Assembly: GCA_963789395.1 (NCBI GenBank)
Contig: CAWBKP010000019.1
Span: forward strand, 137,245-201,244
Direction of reading: 5' to 3'
Source: an uncultured delta proteobacterium
GTDB lineage: Bacteria > Desulfobacterota > Desulfobacteria > Desulfobacterales > Desulfatirhabdiaceae
DNA: 64,000 nucleotides
Shown here piece after piece: positions 1 through 10,371 of this stretch. A program made the translations under genes and the position numbers. Numbering within the stretch: position 1 is the first letter of the stretch; every line of letters starts with the position of its first letter. Under the pieces are notes generated by a model, which saw only the letters and a list, made by a program, of their open reading frames with translations, ran no database searches and was not told the DNA's origin.

Positions 1-697
1 GACCTTTAAAGCGGTCAGTCAGATATTCGGCGGCCATGAATTAGATAAAAAAGCATATATCGAATTGCTGCTGCTGCTCAATGAAATATTTTTCAAAGTC
101 AAGCGGGAAGGGTTTCTGGCCATTGAGGCGGATATCGATCATCCGGATGAGAGTGAGGTGTTCAAAAAATATCCCACTGTCGTATCCAGTGCATCGACCG
201 TGGATTTTATCTGTGATAATTTCCGGACCATCATTTCCTCCAACATGACCCCTCATGAACTGGAAAATTTAATGGAAATCGATATGGCGGCCCAGGAGCA
301 TGATGCGATGATTCCTTCTGCCGCGCTGACAAAAGTATCGGACGGTCTGCCGGCCCTGGGGATTGTCGCAGCTGTTCTGGGCGTGGTGCTGACCATGGGA
401 AAGATCAGCGAACCCCCGGAAGTCCTGGGACACAGTATCGGGGCGGCCCTGGTGGGAACTTTTCTGGGTATTCTTGCCAGCTATGGATTGGTGGGACCCA
501 TGGCAACCAATCTCGAAAATAAGGCCAAGGAACATGATGCCTATCTGAACGTCATTAAATCGGCAATTCTGGCAATGGCCAGCGGTGCAGCGCCGCAGTC
601 GGCAGTGGAATCGGCCAGAAGGGCCATTCCGACCGCGGATCGGCCCGGTTTTGAAGAACTCAATGAGGAAATCAAGAAATGGAAGGGCAACCAGTAA
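1..697 (+). CDS. motA: Flagellar motor stator protein MotA (5' end outside window)
   Basis: Frame open from position 2. Motifs REGFLAIEADID, LPALGIVAAVLGVV, IGAALVGTFLGI..YG..GP; overlaps motB. Confidence 0.95.
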   Translation, partial: TFKAVSQIFGGHELDKKAYIELLLLLNEIFFKVKREGFLAIEADIDHPDESEVFKKYPTVVSSASTVDFICDNFRTIISSNMTPHELENLMEIDMAAQEHDAMIPSAALTKVSDGLPALGIVAAVLGVVLTMGKISEPPEVLGHSIGAALVGTFLGILASYGLVGPMATNLENKAKEHDAYLNVIKSAILAMASGAAPQSAVESARRAIPTADRPGFEELNEEIKKWKGNQ

Positions 698-1518
698 TCA
701 TCAAGAAGTCCAGGAAGAAGGGACACGGCGGTGGACACGGCGGGGCCTGGAAAGTGGCTTACGCTGATTTTGTCACTGCCATGATGGCCTTTTTCCTTCT
801 CATGTGGTTGCTTGCCATGGTTTCCCCAGAGAAGCGGGCAGGCGTTTCCTATTATTTCAAACATTTCAATATATTTGATAAAAGCGGGTTGTCGTTTGTG
901 GAAACCAAGGTTACGCCCAAAATCAATTTGATGGATGATCAGGCAATTGGAAAACCCGAGCTGTCTATCCGGATTGAGGAGGAGGAAGAAAGAGCGCTAA
1001 AAAGTGCGGAGACGCTCAGCGAGCATCTGAAAAAGGAGATTGAGACCAAGCTTGCTGATTTCAAGGACCAGATCATCATCGATACGTTTGAAGGCGCTGT
1101 TCGGGTCGAGATTCTGGATAAGGAAACCGGGACCATGTTTCCTCTGGGAAGTGCCGAAATATCGACAAACGGCAAGCGGATACTGAAAACCATTTCTCCG
1201 GCCATCATCGGCAGCAACCGCAAGATTGCCATTGAAGGGCATACGGATGCGCTGAGCTATGCGGCTCCCGGAAAATACAGCAACTGGGAGCTTTCCACCG
1301 AAAGGGCTTCGGTCGCCCGAAAAGAGCTGGAACGGGCCGGCCTGCCGCAAGAGATGCTGATGCGGGTAACCGGCTATGCCGCAACCGAACCGCTCAACAA
1401 AAGCAACCTCTATGACCCCAGGAACCGCCGAATCAGTATTTTGATGTTTTATCAATACAAGGATAAAGCCCGGGAAGAGGTGAATGATTTGAAGGGCAAA
1501 ATCAAAGTCAGCAAATAA
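679..1518 (+). CDS. motB: Flagellar motor stator protein MotB
   Basis: GGAWKVAYADFVTAMMAFF TM motif with the conserved Asp; OmpA-like domain (IEGHTD, NWELSTERA, NRRI). Confidence 0.96.
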   Translation: MEGQPVIIKKSRKKGHGGGHGGAWKVAYADFVTAMMAFFLLMWLLAMVSPEKRAGVSYYFKHFNIFDKSGLSFVETKVTPKINLMDDQAIGKPELSIRIEEEEERALKSAETLSEHLKKEIETKLADFKDQIIIDTFEGAVRVEILDKETGTMFPLGSAEISTNGKRILKTISPAIIGSNRKIAIEGHTDALSYAAPGKYSNWELSTERASVARKELERAGLPQEMLMRVTGYAATEPLNKSNLYDPRNRRISILMFYQYKDKAREEVNDLKGKIKVSK

Positions 1519-1530
1519 GGAGGTTATCTG

Positions 1531-2415
1531 ATGCGGATTACCCAAAAAATGATGGCCAATCAGGTCAATGGCAATCTGTCGAGAAATATTGAAAAATTCT
1601 TGAAAACCCAAAGCCGGATATCATCCGGGAAACAGATCACCCGGGCATCGGATGATCCGATTGGTATAGGAAAGATTCTGGATTATCGAAAGTTGCTGGA
1701 TACGATTGACCAATACGGCCGCAACATCTCTCGGGCACGGTCCGGTTTGGAAGCCGGAGAATCCACGCTGTCGGATATCGGCGAACTGTTGAACCGCGCA
1801 AAGGAACTGGCACTGTCCCAGGCAACGGGCACAGCCAGTCCGGAAACCCGTAAAAGTGCAGCCGGAGAGGTCCGGCAGATTCGGGATCAGCTGATCCAGT
1901 TTGCCAATAGCAAGCAGGATGATCGTTATATGTTTGGAGGCCGCAAAACCGATGTGCCGCCTTATGACCCCCTGAATCCGGCAGGTCCATTCCAGGGAGA
2001 CAGCGGCGATGTTTCGATAATCGTCGGCAACGATGTCACCCTGAATGCGGCTGTCAACGGTCAGCGGGCATTCGGGAGTCCTGTGGATCCGGTTCTGGTG
2101 TTGACAAAACTTATCGCGGGACTGGAAGCCAACGATCAAACTGCCATTTCCGATCAGCTGGATCCCCTGGATCAGTCGCTGGGTCAGGTTATAAATGAAC
2201 GGACCGATGTCGGCGCTAGATTGAACCGCCTGGATTCAACCGAATCCCATTGGGATTCTTTTAAAATCAACATCCAGAAAATGCTCTCGGATACGGAAGA
2301 CCTGGACATGGTTCAGGCAGCAACGGAACTGACCGCTCAGCAAGCAGCGTATCAGGCGGCCTTGTCCTCGTCAGCCAAAATCATTCAACCCAGTCTTCTG
2401 GATTATCTGAGGTAG
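1531..2415 (+). CDS. flgL: Flagellar hook-associated protein 3 (FlgL)
   Basis: MRIT start, SSGKQI..ASDDP, N....RYMFGG, C-terminal SLLDYLR; GGAGG RBS. Confidence 0.92.
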   Translation: MRITQKMMANQVNGNLSRNIEKFLKTQSRISSGKQITRASDDPIGIGKILDYRKLLDTIDQYGRNISRARSGLEAGESTLSDIGELLNRAKELALSQATGTASPETRKSAAGEVRQIRDQLIQFANSKQDDRYMFGGRKTDVPPYDPLNPAGPFQGDSGDVSIIVGNDVTLNAAVNGQRAFGSPVDPVLVLTKLIAGLEANDQTAISDQLDPLDQSLGQVINERTDVGARLNRLDSTESHWDSFKINIQKMLSDTEDLDMVQAATELTAQQAAYQAALSSSAKIIQPSLLDYLR

Positions 2416-2419
2416 TCCC

Positions 2420-2884
2420 GTGAACAAATATTTCTGGACAGTCCTTTGCGTCTTTCTGCTTTCCGCCAGCACCGGCTGGGGAATCAGCGGCGAAGACATC
2501 CATCGGCTCACCAAGGCGGGGCTGGGCGCGGATACGATTCAATTGATCATCAAGGAAAAAGTCATTGAAACCTGCGCCTTTACCGTTCAGGAGCTGATAG
2601 ATCTCAAGACCAAGGCAAGGCTTTCGGAAAAAACGCTGCAGGTTCTGATCGCCGAGGGCTCCTTCCTCAAAGACCGCTCACCGGTGGTATATGGGCTGGA
2701 CGATGTCAAGCCGGTCAACCTGACCACGGTTTCAGACATCATCAAACTCAAGCAGGCAGGCGTCGGTGATGATACGATACAGGCCATCATTGTCTCCGGA
2801 TCAGACGCCCGAAGCGCCTCGGATCGGGATAACGCCTGGCGGATGCTGAACAATATGGGGATTGTCGTTGATACGCGAAAATGA
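2420..2884 (+). CDS. Secreted hypothetical protein with three internal helical repeats
   Basis: Signal-peptide-like N-terminus; repeats DIHRLTKAGLGADTIQLII / ELIDLKTKARLSEKTLQVLI / DIIKLKQAGVGDDTIQAII; stop overlaps cheD start. Confidence 0.75.
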   Translation: MNKYFWTVLCVFLLSASTGWGISGEDIHRLTKAGLGADTIQLIIKEKVIETCAFTVQELIDLKTKARLSEKTLQVLIAEGSFLKDRSPVVYGLDDVKPVNLTTVSDIIKLKQAGVGDDTIQAIIVSGSDARSASDRDNAWRMLNNMGIVVDTRK

Positions 2885-3405
2885 TCATGGGTGATTCCTC
2901 TCAGGCACTGACACCGGCAAATTATTTTCTGGAACCCGGTTATGTGGTCATGCCAGCCAGTCCGACGGTTATTTCCGCGGTTCTTGGTTCTGGTGTCTCG
3001 ATTTGTCTGTATGACCGGAAACGCAAAGTAGGGGGGATGAACAGCTTTCAGCTTCCGCTGATCCGAGAAAAAGGAAAAACAACAACCCGGTTCGGCAATG
3101 TGGCAGTCAGGACATTGATTCGCATGATGGTGGAAGATGGCTCCAAGATCAAGAATCTCGAGGCGCAGATTTTAGGTGGAGCACACAATCCGGAACTGTC
3201 GCATCAGAATATGGGGCAGGAAAATATCAGAATCGCCCGCAGAATACTGGCCAGAGAAAAAATTACTGTGACATCGGAGGATACCGGCGGCAGCAAGGGC
3301 CGGAAAATTGTGTTTTCCACCCACACCAACGAAATTGCTGTGCTGAAAGTTGAAAAACTCCGAAAGTCAGACTGGTTTCCGTACGAGGGCGACAGAAACC
3401 CATGA
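2881..3405 (+). CDS. cheD: CheD-family protein (catalytic Cys and His substituted)
   Basis: FLEPG, VLGSxVSICLYD, GGMNxF.LP, AQILGGA, G..N, EDTGG..GRKI.F motifs. Confidence 0.9.
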   Translation: MIMGDSSQALTPANYFLEPGYVVMPASPTVISAVLGSGVSICLYDRKRKVGGMNSFQLPLIREKGKTTTRFGNVAVRTLIRMMVEDGSKIKNLEAQILGGAHNPELSHQNMGQENIRIARRILAREKITVTSEDTGGSKGRKIVFSTHTNEIAVLKVEKLRKSDWFPYEGDRNP

Positions 3406-3587
3406 CGGTCCCGGTATGTCAATACTGCCGGCATTATCACATTACATGGGATAAGCGCCAGCCCCATGGGTGCAAAGCATTCGGGTTTAAAAGCCGGGAA
3501 ATTCCAGGCAGAGTGGTGGAACAAAATTCACCCGGAAAATCTTGCCAGCTGTTTGTGAAAAAGAATAAGCAACCGCCTTTGCGTTGA
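3402..3587 (+). CDS. Small Cys/His-rich protein of unknown function, putative metal-binding
   Basis: CQYCRHY..TWD...P.GC..FGFKS...P...V....G..C..F; ATGA overlap with cheD stop. Confidence 0.7.
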   Translation: MTVPVCQYCRHYHITWDKRQPHGCKAFGFKSREIPGRVVEQNSPGKSCQLFVKKNKQPPLR

Positions 3588-3959
3588 GATCCACTTCTTC
3601 AGTAATTCCCCGGTGTGCGCCCGTCACGCCGCAATATATCAGAGCAGATATTCCAGCCGTCTTTCCCCCTGAAATTTCGAATGGAGAACCCAAAAGATGT
3701 CGTCCGCCGTGGACGCGTAGATCAGCTGGCGAGAAATCAGCGTCATTTTTCCGTCATATTGTTTTTTATTGGCGGGAAGCGACCTGGGAAGGGGGGGCGC
3801 TGGATCTTTGTGATGGCTGTTGTAAAGAAAATAAGTCGTGTTTAAATTGGTTTTCATCAAGACCTCCATGTCTTTTTGGGAAAAAAAGCGTTGCAGCCAG
3901 CCTGCAAGCCTGTTTGTTTACACACAGGGGTTGCGCCCCCCTGCTTTGAATGGCGGTTG

Positions 3960-4475
3960 TCAATCGCTTTTCTCAATCGCCACAAGATCCTGGGAGCTCA
4001 AGACCTTATCTATGTCCAGTAGAATCTTGACACTGCCTCCCATTTTGGCCATACCCAGAATATAATCGGTATTGACACGGGTTCCAAATGCAGGTGTATT
4101 CTCAACATCCTCTCCTTTGATATTGAGAACCTCTGAAACGGCATCCACGACGATGCCGATTTTGATGGCACCGGATTGACCGGAAATCTCCACCACGATA
4201 ATGCAGGTCCGCTCCGAATAGTCGATTGCAGGTATTCCGAATTTCAAACGCAGATCCACCACCGGAATAACCTTTCCCCGTAGATTGACCACACCTTTGA
4301 CAAAGGAAGGGGTCTGTGGAACCGAAGTGATCGGCATCATTCCTATGATTTCCTTGATTTTAAGGATTCCGATACCGTAGTCTTCACTGGCCAGCGTAAA
4401 TGTCAGATACTTGCCTTCGCGATTGTTGAGGGGGGATGAAATTTCATCCGTTGATCCTGCCGTGCCTTTTTCCAT
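3960..4475 (-). CDS. cheW: Chemotaxis coupling protein CheW
   Basis: KYLTF.L..E.YGI.I..IKEIIG, GVVNLRGKVIPVVDLR, GIVVDAVSEV. Confidence 0.96.
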   Translation of the reverse strand: MEKGTAGSTDEISSPLNNREGKYLTFTLASEDYGIGILKIKEIIGMMPITSVPQTPSFVKGVVNLRGKVIPVVDLRLKFGIPAIDYSERTCIIVVEISGQSGAIKIGIVVDAVSEVLNIKGEDVENTPAFGTRVNTDYILGMAKMGGSVKILLDIDKVLSSQDLVAIEKSD

Positions 4476-4570
4476 TTACGATTCTCCCAACTCGGGTTTG
4501 TGTATTGATAATAGGCTCCGTAAGGCCCAGGAGCATTGCCCCTGATGCAGGAGGCTGTCAATTTTTGGTA

Positions 4571-4925
4571 TTATCCAAGAGATCCCCGTACCTGCATCAA
4601 GAGCGTCTGAATGTCAAACGGTTTATAGATGAACGCCTTGATCAGACCCGCCAGTTCATGAGAATAGGGTTCGTTCTTGGTATAACCACTGGCGGTAATG
4701 ATCTTTATATCCGGATTCATCTCTTCGATACTGTATTTTCCTCCCATTCCCGGTATGTTCAGATCTATGCTCACCACGTGAATGAGAGATTGATTGTTGC
4801 GAGTAATCGCAAGCTCGGTTTCTCCAATTATTTTGTTCGTTTTTTGCCAGCCGCTCGGCGCAAGATTCCACAATCCGCTGCTGTTTATTCAGATCGGTGT
4901 GTGGCTGGAGTTCGTTGGCGATCAT
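4571..4925 (-). pseudogene. Degenerate or frameshifted response-regulator receiver domain
   Basis: ORF 4571..4873 has DLNIPGMGG, KIITASGY, AFIYKPF but no N-terminal acidic pocket; the ATG at 4925 with an AGGA-like SD is in another frame. Confidence 0.55.
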
Positions 4926-5006
4926 TTGATTTCCTAAGGGTTTAAGGTGGAGAAACAGGATTTCCTCACTTCTTGCCGTGGCATGCGATTTTTTGATAGA
5001 AGATTA

Positions 5007-6935
5007 TTAAAAATCCTTAAAATCCGCCTCATCAAAGGGAATGATCTGATCCGGATGCACTTCCTTTTTCAGCGGGAACCGGGGCTGAGTTGATGGAAGA
5101 TTCCTGGAGGGTGTCGACGGACGGATCGGTTTCTGCAGTTTGGGGGAGCGGGTGATCTGAGGCTTTTTGAGTTGTTGTGTTGTGCTGCCGCCGCCGCTGA
5201 TCAGGGCAACCAGATCGTTCACGATGCCTTTCATCTGCTCTGCCTGGGCATTCATTTCTTCTGAAGCAGAGGCAGACTCCTCGGCGGTGGCGGCGTTTTG
5301 CTGGGTGACCTTGTCCATTTCGGAGACAGCAATGTTCACCTGTTCGATTCCCTTGGCCTGCTCGCTGGAGGCGGCTGCGATTTCACTGATCAGATCCCTG
5401 ATTTTGGTGGTGCTCTCCGCGACACGGGAAAAAACCGAGTTGCTCCGGTTGACATGCTCCGAGCCTTCCCGGACTTTCTTGGAAGTTCCCTCAATCAGGC
5501 TTGCGGTGGTTTTGGCAGCGTCGGCAGCCCGCAGGGCCAGGTTTCTCACTTCGTCGGCCACAACGGCGAATCCGGCACCGGCTTCTCCGGCCCTGGCCGC
5601 TTCGACCGCAGCGTTCAGCGCGAGAAGATTGGTCTGAAACGCGATTTCATCAATGGTTTTGATGATTTTTGAGGTTTCATCACTTGCTTTCAGGATATCG
5701 GACATGGATGCCGTCAATTCGGACATGGATGCTGAAGCCGACTGAACGCTGACAGTCGCCTCTTTCATCAGTGCATGGGCTTGGCCGGCATTGTTGGCAT
5801 TCTGTTTGGTCATGGAAGACATCTCCTCCAGTGACGCGGATGTTTCTTGAATGGAGGCCGCCTGTTCCGAAGATCCTTCAGCCAGGGTCTGGCTGGCGGC
5901 AGACACCTCGCCGGCTGCGGATGCAACCTGATCCGCGCCTTCATTGAGCCCTTCGATGATCTGATGGATGGGCTTTGATATGGTCCGGCTGAAAATCCAG
6001 ATGCCTGCCAGGGCGATTCCCAGAAAAATGACGGAGAGCAGAAGCATGGTTTTTCGCAAGGCCGTCACCGAGCCCATGAATTCCTCCGTCGGCTGGGTGA
6101 CGCCGATGCTCCATCCGGTCAGATCAACAGGAGCAAAGCCGGCGATTTTATCTATACCTTCAAAGGTATATGCCTCAACGCCGGTCTGGTGCCCAAGCAT
6201 TTTATCCATAATCGACTTCATGTCCTTTAACGTGGCCAGATTGAGCTCAAGAATGTGTTTGGTATTGGGATGGACAATGATGAGGCCGCTTCGATCCACC
6301 ATAAAGGGGTATCCTGACTTTCCAACCTTGACAGCCAGTATTTTTTCAGACAATAAATCCATTTTGAGGACTATTGCCAGTGCTCCGGAGAACTGTCCAG
6401 CCGGTGAAAAAACCGGGATGCAAATGGGGAGGACCGGGTTTCCGGTTTTTTTGGATTTTACCGGAGTCGACAGATTGATTTTGTTGGCTTTGGCGTCCTG
6501 GAAATAGGATCGGTCCTGTATGGAGAGTCCTTTATAGCTTCCGCCCACACTGTCGGCATAAACGAGGCCTTCGGCATTACAGACAATGATGCTTTCGTAA
6601 TTTTCCCCGATCTGCTTCATTGTATTGACCAGCTTCTGTTCCAGTCGCGCAATGTCCCCCGACGCGCTGGCAATGCCGCCTTCGGCCACCTTGGTTGCAA
6701 CATCGGTGGTGGTGTTTCCAACAGCCAGATCCTTGGCAAGCTTTATTTCTTCCTGCAATACCATCTGGGTTAAAGCGGCCAGGCTCTTTGCAATGTTTTC
6801 TGAGTTTTGCTGATATGCTGCTTTCAGGTCTCTGGACAATTGCACGTCTGAAAAGACGGCGAATGCCAGAAGCGGCAGCAATACGCATAATGTGCCGCCT
6901 GCCAGAAGTTTGAAATTGAGACTTCGCTTTTTCAT
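5007..6935 (-). CDS. Methyl-accepting chemotaxis protein (TM-dCache-TM-signalling domain) with C-terminal pentapeptide
   Basis: Two TM helices around a Cache-like region (DRSYF, YPFMVD..GLIIVHP); [33 protein letters not shown]; ends DFKDF. Confidence 0.96.
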   Translation of the reverse strand: MKKRSLNFKLLAGGTLCVLLPLLAFAVFSDVQLSRDLKAAYQQNSENIAKSLAALTQMVLQEEIKLAKDLAVGNTTTDVATKVAEGGIASASGDIARLEQKLVNTMKQIGENYESIIVCNAEGLVYADSVGGSYKGLSIQDRSYFQDAKANKINLSTPVKSKKTGNPVLPICIPVFSPAGQFSGALAIVLKMDLLSEKILAVKVGKSGYPFMVDRSGLIIVHPNTKHILELNLATLKDMKSIMDKMLGHQTGVEAYTFEGIDKIAGFAPVDLTGWSIGVTQPTEEFMGSVTALRKTMLLLSVIFLGIALAGIWIFSRTISKPIHQIIEGLNEGADQVASAAGEVSAASQTLAEGSSEQAASIQETSASLEEMSSMTKQNANNAGQAHALMKEATVSVQSASASMSELTASMSDILKASDETSKIIKTIDEIAFQTNLLALNAAVEAARAGEAGAGFAVVADEVRNLALRAADAAKTTASLIEGTSKKVREGSEHVNRSNSVFSRVAESTTKIRDLISEIAAASSEQAKGIEQVNIAVSEMDKVTQQNAATAEESASASEEMNAQAEQMKGIVNDLVALISGGGSTTQQLKKPQITRSPKLQKPIRPSTPSRNLPSTQPRFPLKKEVHPDQIIPFDEADFKDF

Positions 6936-7053
6936 TACGTTCTTCTCCCCAAAGGTATTGTTTTATATATTAATAATATTAATCGGATAATAAAATATTG
7001 CGTGGGAAAGCATCTGTTTTTGTCAAAGAAATATCCTTGCTGCTTGATCCTGT

Positions 7054-7080
7054 TTATCGGCAGTCTGAAGAAAAACTTGA
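7054..7080 (-). promoter_or_regulatory. Sigma28 (FliA)-type promoter for the MCP unit
   Basis: Minus strand reads TCAA-N15-GCCGATAA (tcaagtttttcttcagactgccgataa), about 120 nt upstream of the MCP start. Confidence 0.75.
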
Positions 7081-7276
7081 GTAGAAAATTCGACAGAAGA
7101 GACCAGGATGTAAAAACAGAGTGGACGTCCTCGGCTTCACACATCTTGAATGGGGTTGATTTGATACCCCGCATACTATAAAATCGAAAGCAGGATTATT
7201 TGCACACTTTGGTGAGGATATATGGACAGCCATTTTCAGGAAACATTCGACTCCGCTTTCGGTTGATGAACAACAA

Positions 7277-8863
7277 GTGCAGGATTTTTGCCGTATTTTT
7301 GAAGGCGATTGCCTTACATCCATACTGGATGGAAGCCCCATGTCCACAGTTGTTATCAACACGGATCACCATGTGGTGATTTGGAACCGGGCTTGTGAAA
7401 TCCTGACCGGTGTCCACAGAGAAAAAGCGTTGAATCAACCTGTGGATTCCCGGATTTTTTACAGCGGGCAATACCGGCCCCTTCTGGTGGATCTGGTTTT
7501 GGACCAGGATGAAATCGCGATGCGCCGGTGGTATGACAAGAAAAATCTTGCCAAATGCGCCGACATTTCCGAAGCCTATGAAGCTTCGGATGAACTGGTT
7601 ATTCAAGGAGAGAAACGCAATCTCTATTTTATGGCGGCTGTAGTCCGGGACACCACCGGTAAAGTCGTCGGGGCAATCGAGACGATTCAAGATATTACCG
7701 ATCGCAGCCAGTTGTTGAATCAATTGTACCAGTCGCAGAAAATGGAGGCCCTGGGAGCCCTGATTGCCGGCGTGGCCCATGAAATCAACAATCCGATCAA
7801 CCTCATCATGTACAATATTCCCCTTCTGGAAAAAATCTGGCAGGACGTTCTGCCAGTTCTCAAGGAACAGGCTTTACTGAATCCTCAGAAAAAATACGGA
7901 GGCCTGCGGCATGAATTTATCGACCATCATCTGATGCAGCTTATTTCCGATATGGACATGGCTGCAAAACGGGTGGCGACAATCGTCACAGGGCTGAAAA
8001 GCTTTTCAAGATTCTCAACCCAGTCGGAGAAAATTCCGCTTCAGATCAATCTTGCTGTTGATAATGCCTTGCGGCTCTCACAATCCACCTTGCGTAAACG
8101 GAATGTCGAAATCGATCTGGATCTGGAAAACGATCTTCCAGTCATACAGGGGAATCTGCAGAATATTGAACAGGTCATCCTGAACTTGATCATCAATGCG
8201 GCGCAGGCCATTGAGCATGATTGCGGAAAGATCCGGATTTCCACTCGGCTTCAGCCGCAGGATGGCGATATCCGAATATCGGTATCGGACAATGGCAAAG
8301 GGGTAAATCCGGCCATTGCCGGCAAACTCTTTGACCCCTTTATCACGGATAAGCAAGAAAAAGGGGGAACCGGACTGGGGCTGTCCGTGTCCTATAACCT
8401 CATCAAGTCACATGGTGGGGGCATATCTTTTGAGAGTGCTCAGGGGAAAGGCGCAACATTTCATGTGTTTTTACCGTCTGTGCTAAAGCGTAAACCCTTA
8501 CGGATTCTGGTCGTGGATGACGACCCTGCAATCCGGGAAATGTTACGGGAAGTGCTGGTCCAGCGGTGTTCCTACATTGTCGAAGAGGCCTCAAATGGCA
8601 TTGAAGCATGCATCCGTCTGGGATCTCACCGCCCGGATCTTCTGGTCATGGATTTGTTTATGCCGGAAATGAATGGTGTTGAGGTCTGCAGGGTGATCAA
8701 AAATGATCCGGTTCTCTCGGATATGAAAATCATGATGATTACCGGCCACGAAGGCCATCCGCTACTGGGCGATATTTCTGAATTTGGTTTTATCGATATT
8801 CTTTACAAACCGTTTAAGCTGGAAGATTTCGTAATACGGGTCGACAATATTCTGATGAAATAA
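7277..8863 (+). CDS. PAS-domain hybrid sensor histidine kinase with C-terminal receiver
   Basis: PAS/PAC (WNRACEILTG, IQDITDR), H-box GVAHEINNP, NLIINA, DNGKG, GTGLGL, receiver (VVDDD, DLFMP, KPF). True start may be ATG 7222 (GAGG SD) with a 1-nt indel. Confidence 0.93.
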   Translation: MQDFCRIFEGDCLTSILDGSPMSTVVINTDHHVVIWNRACEILTGVHREKALNQPVDSRIFYSGQYRPLLVDLVLDQDEIAMRRWYDKKNLAKCADISEAYEASDELVIQGEKRNLYFMAAVVRDTTGKVVGAIETIQDITDRSQLLNQLYQSQKMEALGALIAGVAHEINNPINLIMYNIPLLEKIWQDVLPVLKEQALLNPQKKYGGLRHEFIDHHLMQLISDMDMAAKRVATIVTGLKSFSRFSTQSEKIPLQINLAVDNALRLSQSTLRKRNVEIDLDLENDLPVIQGNLQNIEQVILNLIINAAQAIEHDCGKIRISTRLQPQDGDIRISVSDNGKGVNPAIAGKLFDPFITDKQEKGGTGLGLSVSYNLIKSHGGGISFESAQGKGATFHVFLPSVLKRKPLRILVVDDDPAIREMLREVLVQRCSYIVEEASNGIEACIRLGSHRPDLLVMDLFMPEMNGVEVCRVIKNDPVLSDMKIMMITGHEGHPLLGDISEFGFIDILYKPFKLEDFVIRVDNILMK

Positions 8864-8927
8864 CATGGCAGGCCAGAGGCTTTATCGCGTCCTGCCCTTT
8901 TCCCAATTGTTATAATAACGAGGTCAA

Positions 8928-10344
8928 ATGGAATCCGTTTCTGAACTGCCCCCCATTCTTGTCGTTGATGATGATCCAGGGCTCTTGCTGAGCATCAAAG
9001 CCACACTGCTCAGCGCGGATCTGCCGGAGCCGGACACGATTTCCGACAGCAGGCTGGTGATGGATCGGGTTCGCAATAATGCTTATAAAATCATACTTCT
9101 GGATCTGCTCATGCCGCATATCAACGGCATGGAACTTCTGGAGATGATAAAAAAAGAGTTCCCGGAAACAGTCTGCCTGATTGTTACCGCAACAGATGAG
9201 GTTTCCACGGCGATTCAGGCTATCAGGCTTGGGTGCGTATGATTATCTGGTAAAACCGGTTAACGGCGAAAAGCTGGTGATGATCATTCAGCGGGCGTTG
9301 AAGCGGTACCATGTTCGCAAAGAAGTTGCACGGTTTGCCGACAGGCAGTCTTTTTCAGATTTGGCCAATCCCCAGGCATTCAATGATATAGTGGCGGAAG
9401 ACAAATTGATGGCACTGGTTTTCTGCCAGGTCGAGGCGGTCGCGCCAACCGATTACAGCGTGGTCATTACCGGCGAGTCGGGTACGGGTAAGGAAATGAT
9501 GGCCCGTATGATTCATCAATTGAGTTGTCGCGCATCCGGGCCCTTTATCGCTGTCAATATGGCCGCATTTACCCAGACCCTTTTTGAAGACGAGTTTTTC
9601 GGACACACCAAAGGTGCTTATACCCATGCAGTCAGCGATAAAAAGGGGTTCTTCGAAGCGGCTCATGGCGGAACGCTCTTTCTGGACGAAATTACCGAAC
9701 TGGCTCCGCCGCTGCAGGGAAAACTGCTTCGGGTCATACAGGAAAAAGAATTTTACCGGTTGGGCAGCACCAGCAGCAAGAGCATTGACGTCCGCATTCT
9801 GGCGGCTACCAACCGGGATATTCTCGATGAGGTAAAAACAGAACGTTTCAGAGCGGATCTGTTCTACAGGTTGAGCATGTACACCATCAAAATTCCGCCG
9901 CTCCGAGAGCGGAAAAAAGATATTCTTCCCCTTGCCCGGCATTTTGTTCAAAAATATGGAAACAATAGGGCTGCCCCCATTACATCCCTTTCCCCTGAAC
10001 TGGAACAACGCCTTCTGGAGTATGATTTCCCCGGAAATATTCGGGAGCTGGAGAACATGATGGCATCGGCTGTTCTGCTGGAAAAATCGCAAGCGCTGAC
10101 GCTTTCATCGGTTCGCAGTCTGCATGCCGGTCCCCATGTGTTGTCTGGCAAGGGCAGCGAGCTGATGACTCTTGAAGACATGGAAAAAGAGCACATCCTT
10201 CGGGTGCTGCAGGAAACCGGAGGAAACCGGAAAAAAGCCGCCGTTATTTTGGGGATCAACACGGCAACGGTTTATAGAAAAATTGAAAAATATCGGATTT
10301 CCGATAACCGCTTCAGGGATGATGAAATGCCGGAAGATGGCTGA
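8928..10344 (+). CDS. Sigma54-dependent NtrC-family response regulator; frameshift near 9232
   Basis: Receiver in ORF 8928..9242 joins ORF 9181..10344 (GAYDYLVKP, GESGTGKE, LFLDEI, FRADLFYRL, PGNIRELEN, Fis-type HTH) if one G is removed from cttgggtgcg. Confidence 0.92.
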
Positions 10345-10371
10345 TTGGGCTGCTTTTTCAAGATAAAACCG

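Noticed and set aside
3588..3959. Short ORFs in the gap between the Cys-rich gene and cheW
   Set aside because: Several overlapping frames, none with a recognisable motif; the hairpin near 3925-3943 lacks a U tract.
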